From: Planctomycetota bacterium | GTDB taxonomy: Bacteria > Planctomycetota > JBFWNO01 | Assembly (NCBI GenBank): GCA_050251015.1 | Contig: JBFWNO010000001.1 | Coordinates: forward strand, 15,860 to 79,859 | Direction: 5' to 3' | DNA: 64,000 bases | In this document: positions 19,274-29,125 of the stretch, piece by piece | How the letters are laid out: each line of letters opens with the position of its first letter | Numbering within the stretch: position 1 is the stretch's first letter | Program-made: the position numbers and the translations under genes | Notes under the pieces: generated by a model | Told to the model about the DNA's origin: nothing | Database searches by the model: none | The model's input: only the letters and a program-made list of their open reading frames with translations

Positions 19274-21753
19274 CAGGGTATTGATTTTAGGAGCTTCAGC
19301 GCCTCCTGCCTATTCATTTCATCCAATGGAAGCTCCAGGGCCCTTTGCAGATCCTCTCGGGCGGCCTCGGCATCTCCCATTTTTTCAAGATAAAAGCGAC
19401 CCCTGGCCAGTAGGATTTTTCCGTCACCCACTCGATCCACAAGAATCCTGTACTGGTCCAAGGCCTCCAGAAGTCCGATTTCCGATCCGCCGTTCCAGAG
19501 CGCCAGCAGTTCAGCCGACCTCAACCTCACCATTTTTTCATCACCACCCGACTCCACCGCCTGTTGGATGGCCCCCGCCACCTCACTCCAGCAACCCGAC
19601 TCCATCAAGAGCCGCAGTTCCTGATCCAGAAATCGGGGTTCCCGGGGATAGCTCTGCCTCCCGCGCCTGAACACGGGTAAAGCTTTTTCGGGATCTCCCA
19701 ATTGCACCAGACAATTGCCCTTGGCCATGAGGATCCTCAAGAGCAAATCGGGTCGGTCCCTCCAACGCTCCACATGAGCATCCAGTGCCTCTAGGGCCTG
19801 CCCATAGGTTGTGAGGGACTCAGGAATGTTGCCCAGGCGATACTGGGTCAGACCCAGACGCGCCAGGGTCTCGGGATCCGGAGACACCAACGCTCGATCC
19901 GACAACATCACCTGGGCATGGATCAGATCGGAAAGACTGGCCGTCTCCCCGAGCTCCGCCAGCAACTCCGGTTCCCGCTCGCGCCACCAGCCCTGACGCT
20001 TGTAGGCCTCCGTGAGTCTGGAGCGCCTGTCTTCCCTGTTGTCGATGTCCGACCAGTCCAGCATGGCCCACATTTCGTCGAGCAGGGGGCGGGAATCGGG
20101 AATCACCGCGAAGGCCCTGTCGAGCTGGGCCAGGCGTGAGGCTTGGTCGCCGCGCTCGGCAGCCAACCGGGCCAGCAGGATGTGCACCCTGTCGTTGTAG
20201 GGAGTGAGTTCCTCCAAGCGAATCAGAACAGATTCGCCCCTGTCTTTCTCACCGGCCTGCAGGTAGGACACCGCCAGGGTCCAGAGGATGGCGGGGTCAT
20301 GCGGCTGAAGCTCCCTCGCTCTTTCCAGTCCCTCGGCCACCTTTCGATGCCTGTCCATGGCATCCCATGGTGAAGTGGGGGGAGTTTGCAGGGGGATATG
20401 AGCTTCCTTCTGCAATCGAGAGGCTCGCCAAGGGGCGAGAACCGTAGGGATGAGGAAAATGGAAATGATCATCGCGATGATGGGTGCAGCGTGCTGCGCC
20501 CCTACACCATGATGTGTTTTCACTGACTGTCTCTGTGTAGGGGCGTAGCATGCTACGCCCTCTTTCCATGCCAACACTCCCAGGGCCCAGAAGGCCCAGG
20601 CTGCGGGGATGCATTTGTAGAGAGGGTAACTCACCAATGAGTGCACGGCTGTCACCACCAGGGTTGCCGCCACCACTCGCACATCCCCTTGGGCCGTCCA
20701 CATTCTCTTCCACACCACAAACGCCACCCCCAGGGCCGCAAGCCCGCCCACCAAGCCGGTCTCCACCAGCCATTGCAGGGGATCGGAATGGGCGTAGCGG
20801 ACGTACTCCGTACGGGTGCGATCCGTCTTCTGGTAGATCACGGGGTAGTTGCCCGGACCCGAACCCAGGATGGGATGCTCCCGGAAAGCCAGAAGACTGT
20901 GGGTGTAGAGTTCGTGGCGCCCACTGTCCTTGGTGAGAGCCTTCAAGTCGCTCTTGGTTTTCAACGGACTCAGGTTTTTCTCACCCGTGGCATCTCCCAT
21001 CACAAGAAGGGCTCCAAGGGAAATTCCCAGCACCATGGCGACCAAGGGCAGGGCCCTGAGCTTCACATCCGCCACGACCCCGGAGCGACCCCACAGGAGG
21101 AACGCCAGCCCCGCCAGTGTGCCAAGCCAGGCTCCCCGTGAGAGTGTGAGCACCAAAGCAATGGAGGCAAGCGACATAAGCAAGCACCGCAACACATCTC
21201 CTCCTCTAGGAGAGTGGGGGGCTTCTGATGGCATTCCCACAAATCCCATCAAGATCACAATTGAAAGAAACTGCGCCAGGTCGTTCTGGTGACTGAAGAG
21301 ACCGAGCAATCTGTTCTCTCGCGTGAAAAACTTCCAGCCAAGGTCCTGGTGCTCGGCAAGAACAAGGGCCGCGTTCACTCCCGCTCCCAATAGCGCGAGC
21401 AGCGCGAGGACCCGGAGTCTCCCGGCTGTCCACGAGACCTGCATCGAGGCAAGGGCCACGATCACAAGGCATCCCAGGCGCAGGATCTCCTCCCGGGCCG
21501 CCGGCATGTTGATGGCACCGACCGCAGAAATCACGGTTGCCAATAGCAGGGCCAACAACGACCGGACCAAGGGAGCGTTTACGACCTTCATGAACCCGCC
21601 TCTTGAAGCCAGCCAGGGAAGGAGAAGGAGTGCGCCCACCATGAGGGGAAGATCCTTCACCGGCCCCAAAGGCTCGATGGATGAGGTGTCCCATACAACT
21701 GCTCCAAGACAGAGGATCCCAAGAAGAATCGCGGAACCCAGAGTCTCCATCAT
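19273..21753 (-). CDS. O-antigen ligase (Wzy_C) family membrane protein fused to a C-terminal TPR-repeat domain
   Basis: N-terminal ~450 aa has multiple TM helices and the Wzy_C signature region (LTLSRGAWLGTLAGLAFLL). The C-terminal ~350 aa consists of TPR-like repeats. The ATG at 21753 forms an ATGA overlap with the upstream EamA gene stop. The ORF-track start (GTG 21771) is less likely. Confidence 0.75.
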   Translation of the reverse strand: MMETLGSAILLGILCLGAVVWDTSSIEPLGPVKDLPLMVGALLLLPWLASRGGFMKVVNAPLVRSLLALLLATVISAVGAINMPAAREEILRLGCLVIVALASMQVSWTAGRLRVLALLALLGAGVNAALVLAEHQDLGWKFFTRENRLLGLFSHQNDLAQFLSIVILMGFVGMPSEAPHSPRGGDVLRCLLMSLASIALVLTLSRGAWLGTLAGLAFLLWGRSGVVADVKLRALPLVAMVLGISLGALLVMGDATGEKNLSPLKTKSDLKALTKDSGRHELYTHSLLAFREHPILGSGPGNYPVIYQKTDRTRTEYVRYAHSDPLQWLVETGLVGGLAALGVAFVVWKRMWTAQGDVRVVAATLVVTAVHSLVSYPLYKCIPAAWAFWALGVLAWKEGVACYAPTQRQSVKTHHGVGAQHAAPIIAMIISIFLIPTVLAPWRASRLQKEAHIPLQTPPTSPWDAMDRHRKVAEGLERARELQPHDPAILWTLAVSYLQAGEKDRGESVLIRLEELTPYNDRVHILLARLAAERGDQASRLAQLDRAFAVIPDSRPLLDEMWAMLDWSDIDNREDRRSRLTEAYKRQGWWREREPELLAELGETASLSDLIHAQVMLSDRALVSPDPETLARLGLTQYRLGNIPESLTTYGQALEALDAHVERWRDRPDLLLRILMAKGNCLVQLGDPEKALPVFRRGRQSYPREPRFLDQELRLLMESGCWSEVAGAIQQAVESGGDEKMVRLRSAELLALWNGGSEIGLLEALDQYRILVDRVGDGKILLARGRFYLEKMGDAEAAREDLQRALELPLDEMNRQEALKLLKSIP

Positions 21754-22661
21754 GGCCGGGTGAACAGCCACATGCCGGCTCCCAACACCCCACCCCCCAA
21801 GAGCTGCAGCGCCGTGGGTTCTTCGCCGATGAACACATAGGCCAACACCATGGTCGCAAAGGGCGTCGCAATCTCCCAGGTGGCCACCTCATTGGCCTGC
21901 AATCGTTCAAGGGCCAGGTAATAGCCCAGGAAACCCACACCCACCAAGCCGCTATAGAGGAGGAGGAAAGGGTGATCATAGACCCAGGTGCCGAACATGA
22001 AGTGGGCCACAGCCACTGCCGCCACCGATGAAATGAGGCCTCTCCAGGCCAGGATCTCGGCCCCCTTCATCCGGTCCATCAACTGCTTGCTGACCACGGC
22101 CCCATAGGCCCACAGCACAGTGGCTCCCATCACCATGAGATCGCCCGTGTTGCCGAATCGCATGGCCCATAGATCCTCGAGGTACCTTGAAGACACAAGC
22201 AGGGCGCTGAGGATCATGAGTCCCGCACCCGCCATCTCACCCTTTTTCATCCGCTCGCCGAGCCGCCAGGCCCCCAGGAGGGCGATGAAGACAATCTGGG
22301 TGTGACCGAGAAAGGTGGCCGTGACCGTGCTGGTACGCCGGAAACCCTCGAACCAAAGGTACAGAGCGGCAAAGCTGGTGGTCAGGGCCACGGCCAGGAT
22401 CCCGGGATAATTTTTGGGAGCCACCTTCATCGTGTGCCCAGGGACCAACAGGCACCACAGTGTTCCGGCCACCGCAAGGCCGATGGCCTCGGCCGACACG
22501 AAATCCTGCGGTCCCACTTTTTCCGTCATGGTTCTGAGCCAGACCACGATCCCCGACCAACAAAGGATCACCATGGCGAGGATCCAAAGACCTTGTCGGC
22601 GTCTGACATTCGTTGAGGATGATGCGTCTGTCATGGCATTCCAATTTTTGCGCGATGGCAC
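21750..22661 (-). CDS. EamA/DMT-family transporter (10 TM)
   Basis: Two EamA-like hydrophobic repeats. 303 aa. Confidence 0.7.
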   Translation of the reverse strand: MPSRKNWNAMTDASSSTNVRRRQGLWILAMVILCWSGIVVWLRTMTEKVGPQDFVSAEAIGLAVAGTLWCLLVPGHTMKVAPKNYPGILAVALTTSFAALYLWFEGFRRTSTVTATFLGHTQIVFIALLGAWRLGERMKKGEMAGAGLMILSALLVSSRYLEDLWAMRFGNTGDLMVMGATVLWAYGAVVSKQLMDRMKGAEILAWRGLISSVAAVAVAHFMFGTWVYDHPFLLLYSGLVGVGFLGYYLALERLQANEVATWEIATPFATMVLAYVFIGEEPTALQLLGGGVLGAGMWLFTRP

Positions 22662-22675
22662 GGTGGGGCCGCTGC

Positions 22676-23956
22676 CTATTGCAACGACCTCTTCAACGCT
22701 CTTTCAAGCTTGGACAAAGCCTCATTGAGCACCGTGGCATCATGGGCCGTGGATAGAAAGAACGTTTCGTAAGCACTGGGAGGCAGGTACACGCCCTCTT
22801 CCAGCGCCGCCTTGAACATCCTGGAATAAAGTGCCGTGTCCGTGGTGCAAGCCTCCGCAAAATTCTTCACGGGTTTCTCCGTGAGGAAAAACCCTAGCAT
22901 GGAACCCACCTGATGCACCTGGGCCGGCACGGAGTGCTCCCTGAAAATGGCGGCAAGATCCTTGGCAAACTCGCGCCCTAATTTTTCAAACACTTCATAG
23001 GTAGCGCGGGTCAGGTTTTCCACCGTGGCCAGCCCCGCCTCCATTGCCAGGGGATTCCCGCTCAGCGTACCCGCTTGGTACACCCCACCCAAAGGAGCCA
23101 CCAGATCCATCAGCTCGGCGCGGGCAGCATAAGCCCCCACGGGCAGGCCGCCGCCGATCACCTTGCCGAAGGTGACAATATCGCCAGGGAGGTTGAAGCG
23201 ACCGCGGGCACTCTGGTAGCCCACGCGGAATCCCGTCATCACCTCATCCATAATAAGGAGGGCGCCTGAAAGTTCGTGCGCTCTTCTCAAGGCTCCCAGA
23301 AACTCCTCGGTCGGGGGTACCAACCCCATGTTGCCCGCCACGGGCTCCACGATCACCGCTGCGACCCGCTCGCCGGCTTTCCTGAGAAAATTCTCCAGGG
23401 CGGTGGCATCGTTGTAGGGCAGGACATGCGTTGAGCCCGCCACCGAGGCGGGAATCCCGAGGGACGACGGAGTCCCCAATGTGGCCAGGCCACTTCCCGC
23501 TTCCACCAACAGCGCATCCACATGTCCGTGGTACCCGCCGGCAAATTTCACGACATCTTCGCGTCCCGTCTTTCCTCTGGCCAGACGAAGCGCACTCATG
23601 GTCGCCTCCGTGCCGGAGTTCACGAACCGGATCTTGTCGAGTCCCGGATGCCTCAGAAGAACGGCTCGCGCCAGCTGAGCCTCGCTTTCAACGCAGGCCC
23701 CGAAAGTCCATCCCCTTTTCAGAGCCGCCTCCAGTCTCACTCTCACCACCTCGGGTGCATGCCCCAGGATCAGCGGCCCCCAGGAACCGACAAAGTCGAT
23801 GTATTTTTTGCCATCCACATCCTCCAGATGGGCCCCGGAGCCGGAACGAAACACCAGGGGGGAACTGCCCACACCCCTGAAGGATCGGACGGGCGAGTTC
23901 ACGCCCCCGACAAGGACTTTCTGGGCCTCATGGAACAGGTCGTCTGAACGGGTCAT
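22676..23956 (-). CDS. hemL: Glutamate-1-semialdehyde 2,1-aminomutase
   Basis: Full-length HemL similarity (LVGGVNSPVRSF ... class-III aminotransferase). Start chosen at MTRSDDLF (ATG 23956). The ORF-track 498-aa form is a 5' over-extension. Confidence 0.9.
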   Translation of the reverse strand: MTRSDDLFHEAQKVLVGGVNSPVRSFRGVGSSPLVFRSGSGAHLEDVDGKKYIDFVGSWGPLILGHAPEVVRVRLEAALKRGWTFGACVESEAQLARAVLLRHPGLDKIRFVNSGTEATMSALRLARGKTGREDVVKFAGGYHGHVDALLVEAGSGLATLGTPSSLGIPASVAGSTHVLPYNDATALENFLRKAGERVAAVIVEPVAGNMGLVPPTEEFLGALRRAHELSGALLIMDEVMTGFRVGYQSARGRFNLPGDIVTFGKVIGGGLPVGAYAARAELMDLVAPLGGVYQAGTLSGNPLAMEAGLATVENLTRATYEVFEKLGREFAKDLAAIFREHSVPAQVHQVGSMLGFFLTEKPVKNFAEACTTDTALYSRMFKAALEEGVYLPPSAYETFFLSTAHDATVLNEALSKLERALKRSLQ

Positions 23957-23990
23957 GGGGGTATTGTAGACATGCGTTAGAATCCCTGTC

Positions 23991-24542
23991 ATGAGTTTTG
24001 GCCTCAACCTTCTCCTCCCCGGCCGCGCCCAATGGCTGGGCCTCCGCCGCATCGAGGGAACCCTGTATGCCCTCACGGCCTTGGGTGCAGTGGCGGCCTT
24101 TACACTGGCCGAAACCTTGTTGGAAAACCCCCACGCGCCCATGGAGGGCGGGCTCCTGGGGATGAAACCCACCTCCCTCTTTCTGGCCAGAGCCAGCGCC
24201 GTACTGATGTTTGTTCTTGCCTCTCTGACGAGCCTGCTTGACCGGCATTTTGAGTCGCCCTACGCACCCGCCGACGGACCCAAAACCCAGGAGTTTTATG
24301 AGGTCTTGCTGACGCTTTCCATGAAGCCCCAGGGCACCGAGGCCCTTGAGATGGCCACCCGGGGCCTGGGGATCCATGGCCGCGACCCTTTCCTGAGGTT
24401 TCAACGCGCCCGACTGCTCCTGAGATCGGGAAAAAAAATGGAGGCACAGGCCGAGCTGGAGACATGCCGGCATCTGGACCTTGGGCACGAACTTGAATGG
24501 GAGTGCCAACAACTTGGCCAAGAACTTCAGGAGACGGCATGA
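23991..24542 (+). CDS. Hypothetical membrane protein with TPR-like C-terminus
   Basis: 183-aa ORF with two predicted TM helices. Its end overlaps the purB start (ATGA). Confidence 0.5.
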   Translation: MSFGLNLLLPGRAQWLGLRRIEGTLYALTALGAVAAFTLAETLLENPHAPMEGGLLGMKPTSLFLARASAVLMFVLASLTSLLDRHFESPYAPADGPKTQEFYEVLLTLSMKPQGTEALEMATRGLGIHGRDPFLRFQRARLLLRSGKKMEAQAELETCRHLDLGHELEWECQQLGQELQETA

Positions 24543-25978
24543 GCGACACCGACCACTACGACAACCCCCTGGTGACCCGTTACGCCTCGCGGGAGATGAG
24601 CCGCATTTTCTCCCCCGGCTTCAAGTTCAGCACCTGGAGGCACCTGTGGATCGAACTGGCGGACGTGCAGAGGGAACTCGGCCTTCGCATCACCAAAAAG
24701 CAGATCCAGGCCCTCAAGAAACACCAGCACGCCATCGACTTCAAGCTGGCCGAAAAATTGGAGAAGAAGTTTCGCCATGACGTGATGGCCCATATTCACA
24801 CCTACGCCGCCAAGGTTCCGGAAGCCAAGGGCATCCTTCACTTGGGCGCCACCAGCGCCTTTGTCGGCGACAACACCGACCTCATCCAGATGCGCGAGGG
24901 ACTTCTGCTCCTGCGGCGCCGGCTCGTGGGTGTGATCGACAAGCTGGGCCGCTTCGCCACGAAGACCCGCTCCATCCCCACCCTCGGGTTCACCCACTTC
25001 CAGCCCGCCCAACCCACCACCGTGGGCAAGCGCGCCTGCCTATGGATCCAGGAACTCCTGATGGACCTGGAGGACCTGAACCACCAGCTCAAGCACCTCA
25101 AGTGCCGCGGGGCCAAGGGCACCACGGGAACCCAGGCCAGCTTCCTCGAACTCTTCGAGGGCAACCACCGCAAATGCGAGGAGTTGGACCGCCGCCTGGC
25201 CAAACGCCTGGGGTTCCCCGCCAGCTACGGTGTGACGGGCCAGACCGTCAGCCGCAAGGTGGATGCCCGCATCCTTTCCGTGCTCAGCGGGATCGGGCAG
25301 AGCGCGCACCGCATCGCCAATGATCTCAGGCTCCTGGCCCATCTTAGGGAAGTGGAGGAGCCCTTTGAAAAGGACCAGATCGGCTCTTCCGCCATGGCCT
25401 ACAAACGCAATCCCATGCGCGCCGAAAGGGCCACCTCGCTGGGCCGCTTCCTCATCAACAGCGTCCAGAATGCAGCCTTCACCGCGGCCACGCAGTGGTT
25501 CGAACGCACGCTGGACGACAGCGCCAACAAGAGGCTCAGCGTCCCCGAGGCCTTTCTTGCGGCCGATGCCGTCCTGCTGATCCTCGACAACGTGTCGGGC
25601 GGATTGATCGTGAACCGCGCGGTGATCGAGAAACACCTCCAGGCCGAACTTCCGTTCATGGCCACGGAAAACATCCTGATGGCCGCCGTCAAGCATGGCG
25701 GCGACAGGCAGGAACTCCATGAGGTGATCCGCAGCCACAGCCATGCCTCGGCACGCCGAACTAAGGAAACAGGCGAACCCATCGATTTGATCAGCCGCTT
25801 GAAGGCGGACCCCGCCTTCTCCCGTCTCCCCCTCAATTGGAAGGGCCTGCTTGATGGGCGCCGCTACGTGGGTCGGGCCCCCGAGCAGACCACGACATTT
25901 CTCCGGACCGAGGTGGCCCCGGCCCTTCGTCCCTTCCGCAGAGAAATCGGCGCGGGAACCGCCGACCTTAGGGTGTGA
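24539..25978 (+). CDS. purB: Adenylosuccinate lyase
   Basis: MSDTDHYDNPL ... fumarate-lyase family signature (GSSAMAYKRNP). Start at the 15th codon of the track ORF. Confidence 0.9.
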   Translation: MSDTDHYDNPLVTRYASREMSRIFSPGFKFSTWRHLWIELADVQRELGLRITKKQIQALKKHQHAIDFKLAEKLEKKFRHDVMAHIHTYAAKVPEAKGILHLGATSAFVGDNTDLIQMREGLLLLRRRLVGVIDKLGRFATKTRSIPTLGFTHFQPAQPTTVGKRACLWIQELLMDLEDLNHQLKHLKCRGAKGTTGTQASFLELFEGNHRKCEELDRRLAKRLGFPASYGVTGQTVSRKVDARILSVLSGIGQSAHRIANDLRLLAHLREVEEPFEKDQIGSSAMAYKRNPMRAERATSLGRFLINSVQNAAFTAATQWFERTLDDSANKRLSVPEAFLAADAVLLILDNVSGGLIVNRAVIEKHLQAELPFMATENILMAAVKHGGDRQELHEVIRSHSHASARRTKETGEPIDLISRLKADPAFSRLPLNWKGLLDGRRYVGRAPEQTTTFLRTEVAPALRPFRREIGAGTADLRV

Positions 25979-26889
25979 ATCCCATCGTCCTGGTCAACAC
26001 TCCCCTCGGCCTCCTGGCCATCCTCATGGTGGGACTTTGCATTGGCAGTTTCCTCAACGTCTGCATTGCCCGTTGGCCGGCGAATGAATCTGTGGTGGCG
26101 CCCCGATCCCGTTGCGGCTCCTGCAAGGGTGCCATCGCTTGGTACGACAATATCCCGCTCCTGAGCTGGCTACTGTTGTTCGCCAAATGCCGGCTGTGCC
26201 GGGCCCCCATCAGCGTGCGATATCCCGCCGTGGAAGCCCTCACCGCTCTCGCTCTCGCCGGCATCAGCATCGTCTTGGCTCCCCAACTTGCCCCACTGCC
26301 CTTATGGAAATCGGCCCTGATCCTTGGGGCGGGCTGGCTTCTGACCGCCTCCACCCTCGTGGTCACGGCCGTCGACCTGGAACACATGATCATTCCCGAT
26401 GAGATCTCCCTGAATCTGATGGGTCTGGGGCCCGCCCTGGCCATTGTGGTACCGGAGATCATGACGGAACCCGTCCTGGGTGCAGCTCTTCTCCATGGCA
26501 ATCCCCCCCTCGCACTGGCCCGAGAATCCTCCTGGACCATGGCCTTGGGTTCTTCCTTGGCCGGGATCGCCCTGGGAGGCGGGTTGCTCTGGGGACTGGG
26601 CCTCATCGGGGAGAGAGTCTTCAGGAAAGAAGCCATGGGATTCGGGGATGTGAAGCTCCTGGCAACCCTGGGAGGTTTTCTGGGGGTTGAAGGAGTTCTG
26701 ATCACCCTCGTTTTGGCCTCCCTCATGGGGTCCTTTGTGGGGATCCTCACCTTCCTAGTCAAGCGCACCCGGCATATCCCCTTCGGCCCCCACCTGGCTG
26801 TGGGAGCCCTCCTGACCTTCCTCATCAAGGGCCCCCTGATCCACGCCGCCCTGACGTATCTGGGTCGGGGCCGGACGCCGGGGCTATAA
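25975..26889 (+). CDS. pilD: Prepilin leader peptidase / N-methyltransferase (A24 family)
   Basis: N-terminal Cys-rich CxxC...CxxC region, multiple TM helices, and peptidase A24 catalytic Asp regions. GTG start overlaps the purB stop. Confidence 0.8.
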   Translation: MNPIVLVNTPLGLLAILMVGLCIGSFLNVCIARWPANESVVAPRSRCGSCKGAIAWYDNIPLLSWLLLFAKCRLCRAPISVRYPAVEALTALALAGISIVLAPQLAPLPLWKSALILGAGWLLTASTLVVTAVDLEHMIIPDEISLNLMGLGPALAIVVPEIMTEPVLGAALLHGNPPLALARESSWTMALGSSLAGIALGGGLLWGLGLIGERVFRKEAMGFGDVKLLATLGGFLGVEGVLITLVLASLMGSFVGILTFLVKRTRHIPFGPHLAVGALLTFLIKGPLIHAALTYLGRGRTPGL

Positions 26890-26925
26890 TGATTTTTAAG
26901 CTTATATAGAGAAGAAAAGCAGGAG
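26884..26925 (+). promoter_or_regulatory. AT-rich candidate promoter/RBS region (TATAAT and TTATATAG boxes; AGGAGA Shine-Dalgarno) upstream of the OmpA-like gene
   Basis: A local AT-rich island in a GC-rich background immediately upstream of the ATG at 26934. Confidence 0.3.
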
Positions 26926-26933
26926 ACCCCCCC

Positions 26934-27587
26934 ATGGCAATCAAGACCCCCCTCATGATGATCCTGGCCCTGGCCCTTTCAGCCTGCCAGACCCCCTGGT
27001 ACCAGCTTCAGCTGGAGAATGCCGACCTGAACAAGAGGATCCAGGACACCGAGGAGGAAAACGAGCGCCTCCGCCTTCAGCTTGAGGGGGCCCAGAAGGA
27101 CCTCAACCTTACTGCCAGCGACCTGGAAAAACTCAAGGCTGAAAAGGCCGCCCGTGAAGCCAAGCTCAACAGCCTCCGTGATTCCATGAAGGGCACCGAC
27201 ATCGAGGTCACCGAACGCAACGGCCAAATGTGCCTGATTCTTCCGAACAACGTCTTCTTCGCCTCCGGGAAGCATGAGCTCACCAGCAAGGGCAAGGCCT
27301 CGCTCTCCACGGTTGCCGGCGTCCTGAACGGACAGTACGGTGAATTCAAGGTGATCGTCGAGGGTCACACCGACTCCGATCCGATCAAGAAGAGCCACTA
27401 TGCCGACAACTACCAGCTCTCCGCCGAGAGGGCCCGCAGCGTTCTCTTGAACCTGATGAACGACGGCAAGGTGAAGTCCGAGCGCCTCAGCGGCGCCTTC
27501 TATGGTCCCCACCGCCCCGCGGCCTCCAACGCTTCGGAATCAGGCAAGAGCAAGAACCGCCGCGTCGAACTGGTCCTCTGCAAATAA
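26934..27587 (+). CDS. OmpA-family lipoprotein with N-terminal coiled coil
   Basis: Lipobox LALALSAC. Coiled-coil segment. C-terminal OmpA-like peptidoglycan-binding domain (NRRVEL). Confidence 0.75.
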   Translation: MAIKTPLMMILALALSACQTPWYQLQLENADLNKRIQDTEEENERLRLQLEGAQKDLNLTASDLEKLKAEKAAREAKLNSLRDSMKGTDIEVTERNGQMCLILPNNVFFASGKHELTSKGKASLSTVAGVLNGQYGEFKVIVEGHTDSDPIKKSHYADNYQLSAERARSVLLNLMNDGKVKSERLSGAFYGPHRPAASNASESGKSKNRRVELVLCK

Positions 27588-27596
27588 GGTTGTGAA

Positions 27597-28673
27597 GTGA
27601 CCGCCTCCGTCAGCATCGAGGAACTGCTCCAGCTGATGGTGGAAAAAGGCGGCAGCGACCTGCACGTCACAGCCGGATCCCCTCCCAGGATCCGTGTCGA
27701 TGGCGAGCTTCTGCCGACGGAACACCCCAGCCTGCATGCCGAGGAGACGAAGAACATCGTCTACTCCATCCTCAACGGCGAGCAGGTGGCCCGTTTCGAA
27801 AAGGAACTGGAGCTCGACATGAGTTTCGGGATCCAGGGCCTGGGCCGCTTCCGCACCAACGTCTTCGTCCAGCGCGGCGCTGTGGGCGCCGTGCTCCGGA
27901 TCATCCCCACCGACATCAAGGGCATCGACAAACTCGGCCTGCCCCGCGATGTCTGCGTGGAACTCCTGAGCATGCCCAAGGGCCTGATCCTGGTGACAGG
28001 GGCCACGGGATCTGGAAAGAGCACCACGCTGGCAGCCATGATCGATTACATCAACGACAGCCGCAACGAGCACATCATCACCATCGAGGACCCCATCGAG
28101 TTCGTGCACCGCAACAAGAAGTGCCTGTTCAATCAGCGCGAGGTCGGCACGGACACCCTGGCCTTCCATAAGGCCCTCCGTAGCGTCCTCCGTCAGGACC
28201 CCGATGTGGTGCTGATCGGTGAAATGCGGGACACGGAGACCATCGAGGCCGCCCTCACCCTGGCGGAAACGGGTCACCTGACCTTCGGGACTCTCCACAC
28301 CTCCGACTGCACCCAGACCATCAACCGGGTCGTCGACGTGTTCCCCGCCCACCAACAGCAGCAGATCCGCACCCAGCTGAGCTTCACCCTCCAAGGGGTG
28401 TTCTGCCAACAGCTCCTGCCCACATCCAGCGGCAAGGGGCGCGCCCTCTGCGCCGAGGTCATGGTGTGCAACAGCGCCATCCGTGCCCTGGTGCGCGACA
28501 ACAAGATCCACCAGATCTACTCCCATATCCAAACGGGTGGCAAGCACGGCATGATGACAATGAATGCCTCCCTTGCCAAGTTGGTGAAGGAACGCAAGAT
28601 CACGCGTGAAACAGCCATGGAGCGCACCACCGACATCGAGGAACTCAATCGCCTGATGCTCAAGGAGATGTGA
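27597..28673 (+). CDS. pilT: Type IV pilus retraction ATPase
   Basis: Walker A GATGSGKST. PilT-specific regions including the C-terminal AIRALVRDNK motif. GTG start. Confidence 0.9.
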   Translation: MTASVSIEELLQLMVEKGGSDLHVTAGSPPRIRVDGELLPTEHPSLHAEETKNIVYSILNGEQVARFEKELELDMSFGIQGLGRFRTNVFVQRGAVGAVLRIIPTDIKGIDKLGLPRDVCVELLSMPKGLILVTGATGSGKSTTLAAMIDYINDSRNEHIITIEDPIEFVHRNKKCLFNQREVGTDTLAFHKALRSVLRQDPDVVLIGEMRDTETIEAALTLAETGHLTFGTLHTSDCTQTINRVVDVFPAHQQQQIRTQLSFTLQGVFCQQLLPTSSGKGRALCAEVMVCNSAIRALVRDNKIHQIYSHIQTGGKHGMMTMNASLAKLVKERKITRETAMERTTDIEELNRLMLKEM

Positions 28674-29125
28674 TGCCCCGCCTTCTGCTCGCTTGGGCCC
28701 TGGCCCTTCCCCTTGTGGCATCCCTGGTTTCCTGCGAAGAGAAGGATGATGCCACCAAACGCCGCGAGCTCCTCGCAAAGGAACAAAGGCGCTTGGAATC
28801 GAAGGTGACGCCTGTCATACAGGCTTACCTCGACAGGCTCATCGCCAAGGATGTGGAGGGCGTCTACGCGATGCTCTCTTCCACACTGCGCAAGGAGCGC
28901 ACTCTCGAGGATATGAAAAAACACTGGGCCCGCGAAGGCGATGAATACGCCCGCGTCGCGGCCACCTCCCAGATCCAGCGGGTCAGCCCCCAGGGCATCT
29001 ATGCCGTGGCCTTCCTCCGGAGCGTGAAGGGCGACGAGTATGTGAGCCTGATGGAGGAGGATGGCCAGTGGAAGATCCACATGGCCTCTGAGAGCTTCCT
29101 CAAACTCATTTCTATCCTGAAATGA
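28670..29125 (+). CDS. Hypothetical lipoprotein
   Basis: Signal peptide + lipobox (LVASLVSC). 151 aa. Embedded between pilT and pilC with 4-nt overlaps. Confidence 0.6.
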   Translation: MMPRLLLAWALALPLVASLVSCEEKDDATKRRELLAKEQRRLESKVTPVIQAYLDRLIAKDVEGVYAMLSSTLRKERTLEDMKKHWAREGDEYARVAATSQIQRVSPQGIYAVAFLRSVKGDEYVSLMEEDGQWKIHMASESFLKLISILK

